Source of the DNA: Corallococcus exercitus
GTDB taxonomy: Bacteria > Myxococcota > Myxococcia > Myxococcales > Myxococcaceae
DNA: 64,000 nucleotides
Direction of reading: 5' to 3'
Assembly: GCF_042231735.1 (NCBI RefSeq)
Contig: NZ_CP102577.1
Location: 2,847,281 to 2,911,280, forward strand
This document shows, piece after piece, positions 20,039 to 29,398 of the stretch. How positions within the stretch are numbered: the first letter of the stretch is position 1; each line of letters starts with the position of its first letter. The notes under the pieces are model-generated. The model did not search any database. It was not told the DNA's origin and worked only from the letters and a program-made list of their open reading frames with translations. The position numbers and the translations under genes are program-made.

Positions 20039-20665
20039 GTGCTCCGCATGAATCCTGAGAAGCTTGTCTTCGCCCAGACCGTCGACGCGCTCTTCGTCCG
20101 CGCGCTGGAGAACCGGCTGACGCCCGCCTGCCGCGAGCACCTGAAGCGGGCGGGGCTGGACCTCGACCGCAAGCTGGAACGCACGTATTCGCTGGAACAG
20201 TGGCGGGAATTCCTGCGCATCGCGGCCGGCCACGTCTATGGCGGCGTGCCCGCGGAGGCCGCGTACTACTCCCTGGGCGAGCGCTTCATGGACGCCTACT
20301 TCGGCACCTTCTTTGGCCGCGCGCTGCTGGGCGTGGGCCGGCTGGCCGGTCCCCGGCGGATGCTGCTGCGCGCGGACGTGGGCTTTCGCGCCGGCAACAA
20401 CTTCAGTGAAGTCAAAATCGTGGAGCGTGGCGCGACGTCGCTAGAGCTGTGGATGAACGACGTGCTGGCGGATCAGCCGACGTTCGCGGCGGGGCTGCTG
20501 GCGCGCGCGGTGGCGCTGTGCGGGGGCTGGCGGGTGGTGGCGCTGCCGGAGGAGTTCGACGGCACGGCGGCGACGTTCCACCTGCGCTGGAGCGAGGCCC
20601 CCGTCGAGACGGCGCTCAGCGCCACTGAGGATGGGTCCTCAGGCGACGCTCGACCTCAGGCGTGA
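20039..20665 (+). CDS. Hypothetical protein, possibly of the Myxococcales-restricted DUF2378/TIGR02265 paralogous family. That assignment is tentative and from memory.
   Basis: 208-aa ORF with host-like codon usage. Its 3' end overlaps the convergent MnmC-like gene by about 50 bp. Confidence 0.45.
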   Translation: MLRMNPEKLVFAQTVDALFVRALENRLTPACREHLKRAGLDLDRKLERTYSLEQWREFLRIAAGHVYGGVPAEAAYYSLGERFMDAYFGTFFGRALLGVGRLAGPRRMLLRADVGFRAGNNFSEVKIVERGATSLELWMNDVLADQPTFAAGLLARAVALCGGWRVVALPEEFDGTAATFHLRWSEAPVETALSATEDGSSGDARPQA

Positions 20666-21467
20666 GGGTGGCCCCATGCGGGGCCCGGGAGGACGAGCGC
20701 TCCCAGCGCTCCAGCCACCGGGTCCCCAGCGGGGCGGCCAGGGTTTCGTAGCGGGTCGAGGCCACGGTGGTCTCCCCCTTGGTGCCGGTGGACACGCCGG
20801 CGCCCACGTAGAACCCCGCGAGCAGCAGCGTGACGCGGGTGGGTGTGGCCGCGCTGTAGGTCATCAGCAGGGCGCCCTCCCCGTCCTCCCGGCAGTGCCG
20901 GCGCACCCGGGCGAGGACTCCCTCGGTCCACATGTCCGGGTTGGACGCGGGTGAGAACGGGTCGAAGAAGACGAGGTCGGCGGGGGGCAGCCCCGCGTCC
21001 GGCTCCAGGAAGGGCACCGCGTCTCCCAGCTTGAGCTCCCACCGGATGCCGGGCTCGGTCCAGGCGCCGTGCTTCATGAGGCTCTCGCAGGCCTCGCGGA
21101 ACGGCTGGAGGAACGGGAAGCCTTCCGCGTCCGCGAGCGCCAGGCGCAGCGGGGCCAGGTCCACCTCGAAGCTGACGACGTGCAGGTCGCGGGCGCGCTG
21201 GGGGCCCAGGTCGCGGGCGCGGGTGAGCGCGGCGACGGCGTTGGTGGCGGCGCCCAGGCCCACGTCGTGGATGACGAGCGGCGGGCCGGGCTGGCGCAGG
21301 CGGTCCGCGAGGCCGGGCTGATCCACGTAGAGGCGCAGGGCTTCCTGCCACGGGCCCACCGCGGGGTGCATGACCTCGCCATGGCCCAGGTGGCGCACGG
21401 CGCGGTGGCCGTTGCGCAGGGTGACGAGCTCGAAGTCGCCGTCGCGCGGATGGGAGGGCTCGGACAT
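20616..21467 (-). CDS. MnmC-like SAM-dependent methyltransferase domain protein (DUF752-like)
   Basis: The 284 aa from MSEPSHPRDGDFELVTLRNGHRAVRHLGHGEVMHPAVGPWQEALRLYV resemble the MnmC methyltransferase-domain family, including DLVFFDPFSPASNPDMWT. The upstream part of the 571-aa track ORF is antisense to the next gene. Confidence 0.55.
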   Translation of the reverse strand: MSEPSHPRDGDFELVTLRNGHRAVRHLGHGEVMHPAVGPWQEALRLYVDQPGLADRLRQPGPPLVIHDVGLGAATNAVAALTRARDLGPQRARDLHVVSFEVDLAPLRLALADAEGFPFLQPFREACESLMKHGAWTEPGIRWELKLGDAVPFLEPDAGLPPADLVFFDPFSPASNPDMWTEGVLARVRRHCREDGEGALLMTYSAATPTRVTLLLAGFYVGAGVSTGTKGETTVASTRYETLAAPLGTRWLERWERSSSRAPHGATLTPEVERRLRTHPQWR

Positions 21468-21515
21468 GGGGCTCCTGGCCTGGAGGGGACGTGTGGGAAA
21501 GGATGGGTGCCTAGC

Positions 21516-22505
21516 ATGAGGACTCCAGGGCAGGAACATCGCGGCGCGCTTCACGGAGAGGACGTGCGGCACTGGGAGGCGCCCCTTCCGGGAGGCCGGG
21601 TGCGGCTGTCGCTCCGGGTGGACGCCGGGACACGGGCCGTCCTGGACGCGGCGTGGGAGGCCCCGGAGTCCGTGGGCGCGGGCCATCCGCTGGCGGCGTG
21701 CCTGGAGTCGCTGTGTCAGAACGCGGTGGGCATCGGGGTGGACGTGTTCCTGCGCTTCGACGACTTCCACCTGCGGGCGGGCTGTCCGGAGGGGCTGGAG
21801 GCGACGGAGGAGGCGGGGCTGGCGGTGCGGGTGTTCCGCTTCGCGTTCAGCCAGTTCCATCCCCGGGCCACCGGGCCGGCGTACCTGTCGAGCGGGCTGG
21901 TGCTGGCGAAGCTGCCCCGGGGCACGCGGCCGGAGTGGGAGGAGCCGGGGTTCTACTTCGCGCACTACTACCGCGAGGAGCTGTGGCCCGAGGCGGTGGA
22001 GGAGGCGCGGAGGGGCGGTGTGCTGGGGCCGCGCGCGGCGTGCGCGTACATCGATGCGCTCTTGGCGAAGGCGGACGACACGGTGGAGCTGGACTGGCCC
22101 GTGGAGCAGGGCACGGCGACCTGGGAGTGGCTGACGCGCGTCTGTCTGCCGTCGGTGACCGGGAGCGAGGAGCGGACGCGGCAGCTGCTGGAGGGCGGCT
22201 ACGGGGGCACGAGCGGCACGGGGAGCTTCTCCTTCGGCCACCTGGACGGAGGGCCGTGGCGTCCCCCGGAGGGCCTGCCGGAGCCAGAAGACGTGGGGCA
22301 CGCGGAGTTCATCCTCGGGGACCTGGAGCACCTGCTGCCGGAGCTGCCGAAGGACGGTGTGCTGCTGGCCGCGCCCCGCTGGATGGCGGTGGGACAGACG
22401 CGCGATTCACCCGCGCTGCGCCGGGCCGACATTTCGAGCGAGGAGGCGGGAGGCTTCGGCCTGTTCAACGCGGCCGCGCATGACGTGGGCGAGGACGATG
22501 ATTGA
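21516..22505 (+). CDS. Hypothetical protein
   Basis: 330-aa in-frame ORF starting MRTPGQEHRG with host-like GC. Its stop overlaps the start of the next gene (ATGATTGATATG). Confidence 0.4.
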   Translation: MRTPGQEHRGALHGEDVRHWEAPLPGGRVRLSLRVDAGTRAVLDAAWEAPESVGAGHPLAACLESLCQNAVGIGVDVFLRFDDFHLRAGCPEGLEATEEAGLAVRVFRFAFSQFHPRATGPAYLSSGLVLAKLPRGTRPEWEEPGFYFAHYYREELWPEAVEEARRGGVLGPRAACAYIDALLAKADDTVELDWPVEQGTATWEWLTRVCLPSVTGSEERTRQLLEGGYGGTSGTGSFSFGHLDGGPWRPPEGLPEPEDVGHAEFILGDLEHLLPELPKDGVLLAAPRWMAVGQTRDSPALRRADISSEEAGGFGLFNAAAHDVGEDDD

Positions 22506-22506
22506 T

Positions 22507-23238
22507 ATGCGACTGCTGGGCGCGGTGATGGCCCTGCTGAGTCTGTCGTGTGCCTCGGGCCCGGCGCGCTATGCGCAGTCGACGGACTCCGCGACGAACG
22601 GATGCTTTCGCAATCCCACCTGTTACACGCAGCCGGGGGATGAGGCGTTCCTTCCATGGGTGGACAAGGCCGCCAGGGCGGCGGCCACCGCGGGGGCGAC
22701 GCTGAAGGTGCTGGAGGCGGCGGACGTAGCCCTCATCGAGCACCTGCTTGTGGAGTGCTCCAAGGAAGCGAACCGCGTGGTCAATGAACGCGAGTACGGC
22801 GAGGGGAAATACCCGGACGACAAGGAGTGCTTGCGGGTGGTTGGCCAGGACAAGGACGGCAAGCCCCTTCGACGGCAGGCCGAACTCGGAACGCTGAAGC
22901 ACGAGTTTGCCTTCGCATGCGTGCGGCGTGAAATTCTCCGGCGCTTCCCCAACAACGTTTCGATTGAGCCGAGCTATGTGGTCCGCCCGCGTAGAGCGGC
23001 GCAACAACCGGAACTCATGAAGCCCGACGTCGTCCTTCACGCCTCGGGCCGGCCGGATCAGGTCCAATGCGTTTATGACTTCAAGTTTCCATGCCTCAAG
23101 GCACGCAAGAGCGATCCGCTCTCGGTCCAAGAAACGAAGGATCAGCTCCGCCGGTACACGGACCTCGAAGGGCAATGCAATCCCGCCATCATCACACCTC
23201 AGCTAGGGATCATTCGTGGACAGCTACACTCCCTCTGA
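22507..23238 (+). CDS. Secreted protein or lipoprotein of unknown function with a PD-(D/E)xK-like motif. It sits in lower-GC DNA.
   Basis: Signal peptide MRLLGAVMALLSLSCASG. It contains ...KPDVVLHASGRPDQVQCVYDFKFPC (PD then D-x-K about 17 aa later), plus several conserved Cys and acidic residues. Composition is visibly lower in GC than the flanks. Confidence 0.45.
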   Translation: MRLLGAVMALLSLSCASGPARYAQSTDSATNGCFRNPTCYTQPGDEAFLPWVDKAARAAATAGATLKVLEAADVALIEHLLVECSKEANRVVNEREYGEGKYPDDKECLRVVGQDKDGKPLRRQAELGTLKHEFAFACVRREILRRFPNNVSIEPSYVVRPRRAAQQPELMKPDVVLHASGRPDQVQCVYDFKFPCLKARKSDPLSVQETKDQLRRYTDLEGQCNPAIITPQLGIIRGQLHSL

Positions 23239-24220
23239 ACATTTCGCGATGACGCTCCCCAGGGTCCAGCTGGTCCTGCGCATCGTCTTCTATCTGCCGC
23301 ATGACCATGGCGTGGTGGCACCGGTCGTACGACGTCTCCTCGATATCTATCTCGCATTCATCGCAGCCAGTGGCGGAGCACTGACAACAGGAGAGGATCC
23401 CGACATCAGTGAGGCTCCTTTCCCACTCACTCCTGCTACCTGGGAGGAGGTCCACCAGGAACTGAAGAAGGCTCGTTTTGGCCCAATGGAAGACAGGGAT
23501 CAAGACTCCATCTGGTTCCGCATCTTGACCAAGAGGGGCTTCGATACACTCGTCCATCTCACGGGCGGAGAGTCGGACCCCAGTGGCTATGAATTCAGCT
23601 TCCGCTCCCGGCTCCCCTGGCGAGAACCCTCTGGTGAGTACAGCGTCCTGAGCGTGAAGGTCCCCATGCAGTTCCTGGAGGACCAGGGGCCTGAGAAGGC
23701 CTTTGAGCTGGCACGGGCGCTGGCGGAGCCACTTCCCTTCTCCACGGGTCATGCGGGGCTGTCGCTGTCATTCACCCGTGGCAGGTCCAGACTCCTTCCC
23801 CTCCTCAAGGACCATCTGGTCCGGCATCCCGGCTGGGATGTTCCACGCGAGAGCACATGGGGCATGGAAGAAGGGATCGACGGCATCCACTGGATGACCT
23901 TTCTGGGAGCTCCCCTCCTGGACACCCTGGGGGGGCCCGAGGCGATCCGCGCCCGGTTGCAGCATCCGGAGACCACCGTGCAGGAACTCACCGGGAGCCG
24001 TGCCCTGATCCGCCTGGGCCCCGCGCCCCTGGCGGGAGACACGAAGCTGGGTGAAACGCTGCCGGCGTACCGCGAGCTGGCCCGGTTCCTGGAACCGTGG
24101 CTCCAGCCCTCCCCTCCCTTCACCTCCTTCGAGGGCTACACACCGGAGGAGATGCGCCAGTGGTGGCGCCGCTTCCTGGAGCCGCCCCCAGCGGCAATCT
24201 CCAATCCACGCGAGGGATGA
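23216..24220 (+). CDS. Hypothetical protein; its start overlaps the previous gene by 23 bp. It is a possible immunity-like partner, which is inference only.
   Basis: 334-aa ORF beginning MDSYTPSEHF with no signal peptide. It has the same lower-GC composition as the upstream gene and is translationally coupled to it. Confidence 0.45.
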   Translation: MDSYTPSEHFAMTLPRVQLVLRIVFYLPHDHGVVAPVVRRLLDIYLAFIAASGGALTTGEDPDISEAPFPLTPATWEEVHQELKKARFGPMEDRDQDSIWFRILTKRGFDTLVHLTGGESDPSGYEFSFRSRLPWREPSGEYSVLSVKVPMQFLEDQGPEKAFELARALAEPLPFSTGHAGLSLSFTRGRSRLLPLLKDHLVRHPGWDVPRESTWGMEEGIDGIHWMTFLGAPLLDTLGGPEAIRARLQHPETTVQELTGSRALIRLGPAPLAGDTKLGETLPAYRELARFLEPWLQPSPPFTSFEGYTPEEMRQWWRRFLEPPPAAISNPREG

Positions 24221-24349
24221 CCACGCCGGATTTTTTCACGCATTGCCCCACCACCCAGCGCACTGATAATCCGCCACCCGGAGTGTTCACGTCGAGCGGC
24301 GGGCCAACGGTCGCGTTCGTGCCAGCCCTCGCGGATCGGGGTTTCATCG

Positions 24350-27300
24350 ATGCGGTCACAACGCGCTGTCTGGAGCGGGCTCCTGCTGTTCGTCGCGAGC
24401 CTGGGCCTTCTGTCCTGCGGCGGGAACGAGCGCCCGGCACCGGAGGGCGCCCGCTCGGTGCACTCCCGCTTGGCGACTCCGCCGGACTGGTACACCACCG
24501 CGTCCATGGCGACGGCCCGCGCGCAACACGCGGCCGTCCTGCTCCCGGACGGCAGACTGCTGGTCGTCAACGGCACCAACCAGGCCGGGTTCGCGACCAC
24601 GGCGGAGCTGTATGACCCCGCCACCGGAGCCTGGACCCCCGCGGGCAGCCCCGGGATTTCGGGCAACGTCACGCTGGCCCTGCTGCTGCCCACCGGCAGG
24701 GTGCTGGTGCTGACCGAGGGCTCCCTTTCGGGACGTCTCTACGACCCCGCGACGGGCGCCTGGACCGCCACGGGCAACATGTCCGCCATCCGCGGCCTCC
24801 CGACCGCCACGTTGCTGGGCACGGGGCAGGTGCTGGTCGCGGGCGGCAACAGCGACGGCGGCGTCCGGCTCACGTCCGCGGAGCTGTATGACCCGGCCAC
24901 CAACGCCTTCGTTCCCACCGGCGCCATGACCCTGGGCCGCAACGCGCACAGCGCCACGCGGCTGCGCGACGGGCGGGTGCTCGCGGTGAGCGGCTTCAAC
25001 CAGGCCGACGAGGTGCCCGGCGCGGACCTCTACAACCCCGCGACCGGCACCTGGACCGCCGTCGCGCCCCCGCTGGTCCCCCGCCACTATTCCTCCAGCA
25101 CCCTGCTCCCCGACGGCCGCGTGCTCGTCGCGGCTGGCTTCGCGGCGGGCGGCGCGACGACCCATTCCGAGCTCTACGACCCGGCGGCCAACACCTGGAC
25201 CGCCACGGGCAGCCTCGCGTTCCCGCGCTATGGCCATATGGCCACGCTGCTTCCCAACGGCCGCGTCCTCGTCACCGGTGGCAGCGTCTTCAACGCGGCG
25301 CCGCAGCTCGAGTCGGAAATCTATGATCCCGCCACCGGCACCTGGACCCCCGCGGGCACGATGAATGTCGGTCGCACCAACCACACCGCGACGCTGCTGC
25401 CGACTGGCAAGGTGTTCATCGCGGGCGGCTCCGCCGCGGTCCCGGCCGGGACCTACTTCGCGCAGACGGAGGTCTACGACCCCGCCGTGAGCCGGTGGTC
25501 GCCCGCGGGCGCCATGGGCACGCCCCGGACCGACGCGATGGTGGCGCTGCTGCCCTCGGGCCAGGTGCTCGTCGCGGGCGGCCGCGGCCAGTTCACCTCG
25601 TCGGACGCGGCGGAGCTGTACAACCGCGCGAGCAACTCGTGGTCCGCCCTGCCCGCGCTCGCCACGCCGCGCGAGCGCGCCACCGCCACCGTGCTGCCTT
25701 CGGGGCAGGTCCTGGTCGCGGGCGGCCGCAACACCAACACCTCCACGGCCTCCGTGGAGCGCTTCGATCCCACCACCAACACCTGGCTGCCCACCGCGAC
25801 GCTCGCGGGCACGCGTCACCTGCACACCGCCACGCTCCTGCCGGATGGCCGGGTGCTCGTCGCCGGTGGCCAGAGCAACACCACGGTGCTCGCCACCGCG
25901 GAGCTGTATGCGCCTGACACGAACACGTGGACCTCGGCCGGCTCGCTCGCCACGGCGCGCGCCGGACATCGCGCCGTGCTGCTCCAGGACGGCCGGGTGC
26001 TCGTCGCCGGCGGTCACGGCGGCGGCGGCTCGGAGCTGGCCTCGGCGGAGCTCTTCAACCCCGCCACCAACACCTGGGCCCCGGCGGCGAGCCTCGCGGG
26101 CGCCCGCGACGAGCTGACGCTGACGCTGCTGCCGTCGGGCCAGGTGCTCGCGGCGGGCGGTATCGCGGCCTTCACGGAGCTCACGAGCACGGAGCTGTAC
26201 ACGCCCGGCACGAACACCTGGGCTTCCGTGGGCGCGCTGACGCAGTCGCGCTGGCTGCACTCCGCCTCGCTGATGCCCAACGGCAAGGTGCTGGTCGCGG
26301 GCGGCATCACCACGAATGGCGACTACGCCAACACGGCGGAGGTCTACGACCCGCTCCTCCGCCGCTGGCTCAACGTCGCGGACCCCACCACCGCGGGAGG
26401 CCTGGTCACCGTCGCCCTGCCCTCGGGCGAGGTCCTGCTGTCGGGCGGCCTCAACACCCCCAACGCCGAGCTGTTCGACGACACCGGCGCCCTCCCCGCG
26501 TGGCGGCCCACGGTGACGAACCCGGCGACCCTCGTCGCCGGCTGCCCCACCGTCCTGGAGGGCCTGCTGTTCCGCGGCATCTCCGGTGCAAGCGCTGGCA
26601 ACAGCACCGACTCCCCCACCGACTTCCCCCTGGTGCGGCTGCGAGGCGCCGAGGGCGGCCGCCTCTGGACGCTCCCCAGCAGCAGCACCTCGGACACCCG
26701 CGCGACGGTGACGGTCCCCGCCGGCACGCCGCTGGGCACCTACGGGCTGTCCGTCTTCGCCAACGCCATCCCCGGCGGACGCATGGTGACGCTCGTCGCC
26801 AACCGTCCCCCGACGGCGGCGGACCAGACGGTCACCGTCCCGAAGGACACCGAAGTGGAGCTCGCCCTGGCCGGCACGGATCCGGACCCCGGCCAGGTGC
26901 TGACCTGGACGGTCGTCACCCAGCCGCAGCACGGCACGCTCGGCACCAGCGCGGCGGGGCACCTGGTGTACACGCCCGAGCCCGGCTACGTGGGCCCCGA
27001 CAGCTTCACCTTCCGCGTTCGTGACTGCGCCGACGACAGCAACGTCGCGACGCTGACCCTCAACGTGGTGGACGCCGTCCCGACCCTCACCTGTCCCGCG
27101 AACGTCACCGTGGAGGCCACGGAGGCGGACGGCGCCGTCGTGAACTACGACCCCGCGGTGCTGGATCCCGCGGGGCTCCCGGTGAGCTACACGCAGGCGT
27201 CGGGCTCGCGCTTCCCGCTGGGCACCACGACGGTCACCGCGACCTCCACGGGCCTCACCTGCACGTTCCAGGTGACGGTGCAGGACACCACGGCCCCCGC

Positions 27301-27640
27301 GCTGACCTGCCCCGCCGACATCCTGGTGGGCCCGGGTGAGCCGGTGACGTTCGAGCCCACGGCCACGGACGCGGTGACGGCCTCGCCGACGGTGACGTCG
27401 TCGCCCGCGTCGGGCAGCACCTTCGCGCCGGGCGCCACGCAGGTCACCGTCACCGCCACGGACGCCGCGGGCAACACCGCGCAGTGCACGTTCCAGGTCC
27501 GGGTCCAGGCGGAGGTCGTGGAGATCGCCGGCGGTGGCTGTGACAGCACCGGCGGCACCACGTCCGCGCTGGCGCTCCTCGCCGCGCTGGCGGCCTGGAG
27601 TCATTCGCGCCGCCGTCAGAACCCGGCCCGGGGGAACTGA
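24350..27640 (+). CDS. Large cell-surface protein: lipoprotein signal, 12 or more Kelch/galactose-oxidase-type beta-propeller repeats, tandem HYR (hyalin-repeat) domains and a C-terminal MYXO-CTERM sorting signal
   Basis: Signal MRSQRAVWSGLLLFVASLGLLSCGG. A roughly 50-aa repeat ELYDPATG(A/T)WT...G...R..H.A.LL.DGRVLV(A)GG recurs many times. The HYR-like segments are PTLTCPANVTVEATEADGAVVNYDP and TAPALTCPADILVGPGEPVTFEPTATD. The C-terminal GGGCDSTGGTTSALALLAALAAWSHSRRRQ matches MYXO-CTERM. Confidence 0.8.
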   Translation: MRSQRAVWSGLLLFVASLGLLSCGGNERPAPEGARSVHSRLATPPDWYTTASMATARAQHAAVLLPDGRLLVVNGTNQAGFATTAELYDPATGAWTPAGSPGISGNVTLALLLPTGRVLVLTEGSLSGRLYDPATGAWTATGNMSAIRGLPTATLLGTGQVLVAGGNSDGGVRLTSAELYDPATNAFVPTGAMTLGRNAHSATRLRDGRVLAVSGFNQADEVPGADLYNPATGTWTAVAPPLVPRHYSSSTLLPDGRVLVAAGFAAGGATTHSELYDPAANTWTATGSLAFPRYGHMATLLPNGRVLVTGGSVFNAAPQLESEIYDPATGTWTPAGTMNVGRTNHTATLLPTGKVFIAGGSAAVPAGTYFAQTEVYDPAVSRWSPAGAMGTPRTDAMVALLPSGQVLVAGGRGQFTSSDAAELYNRASNSWSALPALATPRERATATVLPSGQVLVAGGRNTNTSTASVERFDPTTNTWLPTATLAGTRHLHTATLLPDGRVLVAGGQSNTTVLATAELYAPDTNTWTSAGSLATARAGHRAVLLQDGRVLVAGGHGGGGSELASAELFNPATNTWAPAASLAGARDELTLTLLPSGQVLAAGGIAAFTELTSTELYTPGTNTWASVGALTQSRWLHSASLMPNGKVLVAGGITTNGDYANTAEVYDPLLRRWLNVADPTTAGGLVTVALPSGEVLLSGGLNTPNAELFDDTGALPAWRPTVTNPATLVAGCPTVLEGLLFRGISGASAGNSTDSPTDFPLVRLRGAEGGRLWTLPSSSTSDTRATVTVPAGTPLGTYGLSVFANAIPGGRMVTLVANRPPTAADQTVTVPKDTEVELALAGTDPDPGQVLTWTVVTQPQHGTLGTSAAGHLVYTPEPGYVGPDSFTFRVRDCADDSNVATLTLNVVDAVPTLTCPANVTVEATEADGAVVNYDPAVLDPAGLPVSYTQASGSRFPLGTTTVTATSTGLTCTFQVTVQDTTAPALTCPADILVGPGEPVTFEPTATDAVTASPTVTSSPASGSTFAPGATQVTVTATDAAGNTAQCTFQVRVQAEVVEIAGGGCDSTGGTTSALALLAALAAWSHSRRRQNPARGN

Positions 27641-27643
27641 ACC

Positions 27644-29398
27644 ATGCGCTCCCTCTTTTCTCGAATGGACCTCCCCTTGCGTACAAAGGCTCAGAGCTGG
27701 GCGCTGGCCGCGCTGCTGGCCACCGCCGTCTCCCCCGCCGCCTTCGGACAGACCACCCCGAGCCCCATCCGCCCGCTGGACCTGGAGCGCCTGCGCTTCC
27801 AGCCGGCGGCGACGGACTCGATGCTGGTGGACACCGGCCGCGTGCTCCCCGAGGGCGGCTACCGCCTGCTCCTCATGGTCAACTACGAGCGCGGCATCCT
27901 CCTGCTCCAGGGCAGTGATGGGCTGGAGCGCTCCATCCTCCACTACCGCACCGCGGGCTGGCTGGCCGGCGCGTGGTCGCCGGTGGACCGGTTGGAGTTC
28001 TCCGCGAAGCTGCCCGTCATCATCGCGCAGGGCGGCCATGGCGCGGAGCAGCTGGTGGGCGTGCGCGAGCCGGACTCGTTCGGCCTGGGCACGCCGGAGC
28101 TGGGCGTGCGCTACGAGCTGCTGCGGCGGGAGGAAGGCGCGCCGGTGTTCCTGGGCCTGGGCCTGGACATCGGGCTGCCGGGCGGCTCGGCGGATGCGTT
28201 CGGCCGTCAGGCGGGCTGGGCGGGCTTCCAGTTCGCGCCCCGCGTGTCGGTGAGCCGCGAGCTGGGCCCCGTGGTGCTGGGCGCCAACGCGGGCGTGCGG
28301 ATCCGCTCGAAGGAAGTCGAGCCGGGTCGCGACGTCGGCACCGAGCTGGAGCAGGGCGTGGTGGTGGCCACGCGCGGCAAGGGGCTGCGCGGTGAAATCG
28401 CGCTGCAGGCCGCCGAGTCGCTCGTGGAGTCGGACCTGGCGCTGGAGCTGCTGGGCGGCGTGCGGCTGCCGGTGGGCGCGGGCTTCGAGGCGTTCGCGCT
28501 CGCGGGGCACGGCTTCACGGACATCCCGGGCACGCCGTCGTTCCGCCTGGGCGCGGGCATCGCGTACGCGAACGAGCCCGAGCCCGTGGACCGCTGCCGC
28601 ACCGGCCGCAGCCACACGCCGGAAGAGTGCCCCAACGAGGATGACGACGGGGACTCGGTGGCCAACAAGGACGACCGCTGCCCGCTGGAAGCCGGCTCCG
28701 TGGAGAACAACGGCTGCCCGGACAAGGACTCGGACGGCGACGGCGTGGTGGACCGCGAGGACCAGTGCCCGACGCAGGCGGGAACGGCGCGCGACCGCGG
28801 CTGCCCGGCGCCAGACGCGGACAACGACGGCGTGCGGGACGACGAGGACGCCTGCCCGAACGAGGCCGGTCCTTCGTCCGAGCGCGGCTGCCCCGTGAAG
28901 GACACGGACAAGGACGGCGTGCCGGACAAGGACGACGCCTGCCCGAACGAGGCCGGCCCCGCGTCCGAGCGTGGCTGCCCCGCCAAGGAGCAGAAGCCAC
29001 CCGAGGAGCCCAAGCCGCAGCCGCCTCCCGAGGAGAAGCCCGCGGAGGAGACGACGTCGCCGCTGGGTCACATCGTCCAGTTCCCGGTGAACCAGTCGGA
29101 GTTCCAGGAGAACGAGCAGCAGCAGCTGGATGCCATCGTGGCCTACCTGAAGGCGAACCCGAAGCTGAACGTCCGGATTGAAGGCCACACGGACAACAGC
29201 GGTCCGGAGGAAGCCAACCGCACGCTGAGCCAGCAGCGCGCGAACCGCGTGCGTGCGTACCTCATCCAGCAGGGCATCGCGGGCTCGCGCCTGGAGGCGA
29301 AGGGCTTCGGCCCCGACCGTCCGCGCGTGTCCAACGAGACGCCGGAAGGCCGCAGCGCGAACCGCCGCGTGGAGTTCGTGCCCGTCACGGAGCGCTGA
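27644..29398 (+). CDS. OmpA-family outer-membrane protein with an N-terminal beta-barrel-like region, thrombospondin type-3 (Ca-binding DxDxDGxxDxxD) repeats and a C-terminal OmpA/MotB peptidoglycan-binding domain
   Basis: Signal peptide. The type-3 repeats are DKDSDGDGVVDREDQCP, DADNDGVRDDEDACP and DTDKDGVPDKDDACP. The OmpA C-terminal domain is NVRIEGHTDNSGPEEANRTLSQQRANRVRAYLIQQGIAGSRLEAKGFGPDRP...ANRRVEF. Confidence 0.8.
   Translation: MRSLFSRMDLPLRTKAQSWALAALLATAVSPAAFGQTTPSPIRPLDLERLRFQPAATDSMLVDTGRVLPEGGYRLLLMVNYERGILLLQGSDGLERSILHYRTAGWLAGAWSPVDRLEFSAKLPVIIAQGGHGAEQLVGVREPDSFGLGTPELGVRYELLRREEGAPVFLGLGLDIGLPGGSADAFGRQAGWAGFQFAPRVSVSRELGPVVLGANAGVRIRSKEVEPGRDVGTELEQGVVVATRGKGLRGEIALQAAESLVESDLALELLGGVRLPVGAGFEAFALAGHGFTDIPGTPSFRLGAGIAYANEPEPVDRCRTGRSHTPEECPNEDDDGDSVANKDDRCPLEAGSVENNGCPDKDSDGDGVVDREDQCPTQAGTARDRGCPAPDADNDGVRDDEDACPNEAGPSSERGCPVKDTDKDGVPDKDDACPNEAGPASERGCPAKEQKPPEEPKPQPPPEEKPAEETTSPLGHIVQFPVNQSEFQENEQQQLDAIVAYLKANPKLNVRIEGHTDNSGPEEANRTLSQQRANRVRAYLIQQGIAGSRLEAKGFGPDRPRVSNETPEGRSANRRVEFVPVTER

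Noticed and set aside
20616-22331. 571-aa minus-strand ORF
   Set aside because: Only the last 284 aa (from MSEPSHP) resemble an MnmC-like methyltransferase. The upstream 290 aa are R/P/A-rich and antisense to the plus-strand gene 21516-22505.
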